Shown here: positions 31,540 through 32,000 of the stretch, piece after piece
Position numbering within the stretch: the stretch's first letter is position 1
How the letters are laid out: each line of letters begins with the position of its first letter
DNA from: an uncultured Alphaproteobacteria bacterium
GTDB taxonomy: Bacteria; Pseudomonadota; Alphaproteobacteria; Rs-D84
Direction of reading: 5' to 3'
Assembly: GCA_963931495.1 (NCBI GenBank)
Contig: OZ007020.1
Coordinates: forward strand, 300,001 to 332,000
DNA: 32,000 bases
Made by a program: the position numbers and the translations under genes
Notes under the pieces: model-generated
Database searches by the model: none
What the model was told of the DNA's origin: nothing
Seen by the model: the letters and a program-made list of their open reading frames with translations, nothing else

Positions 31540-32000
31540 TTATGATAATTTTTTACGCAGTATTTCATTTACAACGGCCGGATTTGCTTTGCCACCGGTT
31601 GATTTCATAACAGCACCAACAAAGAAGCCGAGCAGCCCTGTCTTGCCAGATTTATATTGTTCAACCTGGGGTGCGTTGTTGGCAATTACGTCATCTATAA
31701 CTGATTCAATTGCGGCGGTGTCCGTAATTTGCTGCATACCGAATTTTTCGGCAATCGCGCGCGGGGTGCCCGTTTCGCCGTCCAGCATTTTGATAAATAT
31801 TTCTTTGGCTTGTTTTCCGTTGATTGCGTTTTCGGCAATCATGTCAACTAATTCAGCCAAATCAGATGGGGTGATAATCCGCGCTGTGCCGCACTCAGAT
31901 GTATCCAGCGCGTTTTTTGTATCCCAATTTTCGGGGTGTGCGAACAATTCAGAAATCATCCAATTTGCAATGGATTTTGCGCGTTTTGGGTTGTTACCAA
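31540..32000 (-). CDS. gatB: Asp/Glu-tRNA(Asn/Gln) amidotransferase subunit B, C-terminal part (the gene continues beyond the right edge)
   Basis: The frame stays open upstream of the track's Met at 31959 (my translation: GNNPKRAKSIANWMISELF...). The GatB/YqeY C-terminal domain is present (GKQAKEIFIKML...VEQYKSGKTGLLGFFVGAVMKSTGGKANPAVVNEILRKKL). Confidence 0.9.
   Translation of the reverse strand, partial: GNNPKRAKSIANWMISELFAHPENWDTKNALDTSECGTARIITPSDLAELVDMIAENAINGKQAKEIFIKMLDGETGTPRAIAEKFGMQQITDTAAIESVIDDVIANNAPQVEQYKSGKTGLLGFFVGAVMKSTGGKANPAVVNEILRKKLS

Noticed and set aside
1-32000. Search for CRISPR arrays, IS elements or inverted-repeat termini, integrases, rRNA, tmRNA, SRP RNA and RNase P RNA
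   Set aside because: I saw no periodic direct repeats with spacers, no transposase- or integrase-like ORFs in any frame of the track, and none of the conserved RNA cores I know (for example GAGGAAAGUCC for RNase P or GGAAGCAGCCA for SRP RNA).

Overview
The window looks like a compact, moderately AT-rich chromosomal segment from an alphaproteobacterium. Support for that: a MucR/Ros regulator, an RHH_4-type ribbon-helix-helix protein, an Omp25/31-like porin, a SPOR protein, and the ybeY/lnt and trmB neighbourhood. About 40 tightly packed genes are visible, many with 1-4 nt overlaps, and most are housekeeping.

Housekeeping genes, left to right: rarA (partial), ybeY-lnt, trmB, gltX, thrS, tatA, dksA, trxA, sufS-sufT-sufE, ftsL-ftsI, recJ, nrnA-like, lolA, tatB-tatC, nlpD-like, tRNA-Lys(CUU), miaB, gatB (partial). 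I saw no rRNA, CRISPR array, transposase, integrase or prophage genes.

Observations most worth follow-up:
1. A 19-codon ORF with 6 Thr codons (MKKIGFLFVTITTTTPTGV) sits just behind a near-consensus promoter in the thrS leader. It is a candidate leader-peptide control of threonyl-tRNA synthetase.
2. An uncharacterised four-gene minus-strand operon (5617-7710) lies between lnt and trmB. It encodes a membrane protein, an HNH-like protein with a substituted catalytic His, a SUKH/SMI1-like protein and an RHH protein, which resembles a toxin/immunity module.
3. YbeY and Lnt are encoded as a single 672-aa ORF joined by a Cys-rich linker.
4. A secreted protein built of eukaryote-type GCC2/GCC3 (ephrin-receptor-like) cysteine repeats is preceded by a G9 tract and an orphan terminator-like hairpin.
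5. Several proteins lack their canonical ligands or catalytic residues: MucR, DksA, a SodC-like lipoprotein, the FtsI KTG box and a DeoC-like protein.

All functional calls come from reading motifs by eye in the supplied translations. No database search was run.
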